Below, piece by piece: positions 63,775 to 64,000 of a stretch of DNA of 64,000 nt. The DNA comes from Paraspadella gotoi (taxonomy: Eukaryota; Animalia; Chaetognatha): contig JBJCIZ010000028.1 in assembly GCA_051294375.1 (NCBI GenBank), forward strand, positions 186,001-250,000, in the 5' to 3' direction. The notes below the pieces were generated by a model, which saw nothing but the letters and a program-made list of their open reading frames with translations, did no database searches and was not told where the DNA came from. The translations under genes and the position numbers were made by a program. Each line of letters begins with the position of its first letter. The stretch's first letter is position 1.

Positions 63775-64000
63775 AATTTTCTCGGTCGAGATTTGCTTTT
63801 GCGCAAAAGAGACGAAAAAGAAAGGAAAACAATTGTTGCCCGAGGAATAATAAAGAAGAGGATTGGAAAAAAAAAGATACTAGTAAAGACGCCGAGCGGG
63901 AATGTTGTGCGGAGAGTAGAAAAACAAAAGACACGGATATTGTTTATGGTGAAAAGATGAGAAATACCTTGTAAGTGTAATTAAAAAACGGTATTAACAT

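Overview
AT-rich, intron-containing eukaryotic (very probably animal) genomic DNA from a draft assembly with many N gaps and several indel-rich patches. About 51 kb of the minus strand (~12.8-64 kb) is one unusual immunoglobulin-superfamily receptor locus. A tandem array of about 41 variable first exons (about 31 if a ~11-kb duplicated block is counted once) each encodes its own signal peptide plus the N-terminal half of Ig domain 1 and, where the 3' end is readable, ends in a phase-2 donor at a conserved F-x-D/E/N-x-R codon. Most are preceded by a conserved bipartite upstream motif. All fit one shared set of ~16 constant exons: second half of Ig1, three more Ig-like domains, a transmembrane helix, and a Gly-rich cytoplasmic tail ending in an EF-hand pair. 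The layout resembles clustered protocadherins and chelicerate sDscam, but the protein is neither. Also present: tRNA-Leu(TAA) genes inside the array, two related 8-bp-TSD non-autonomous DNA transposons, a GA-rich minisatellite, and a tentative Cys-rich secreted-protein gene at 3.3-9.6 kb. Gene models were assembled by eye from splice signals and reading phase, with no transcript evidence.
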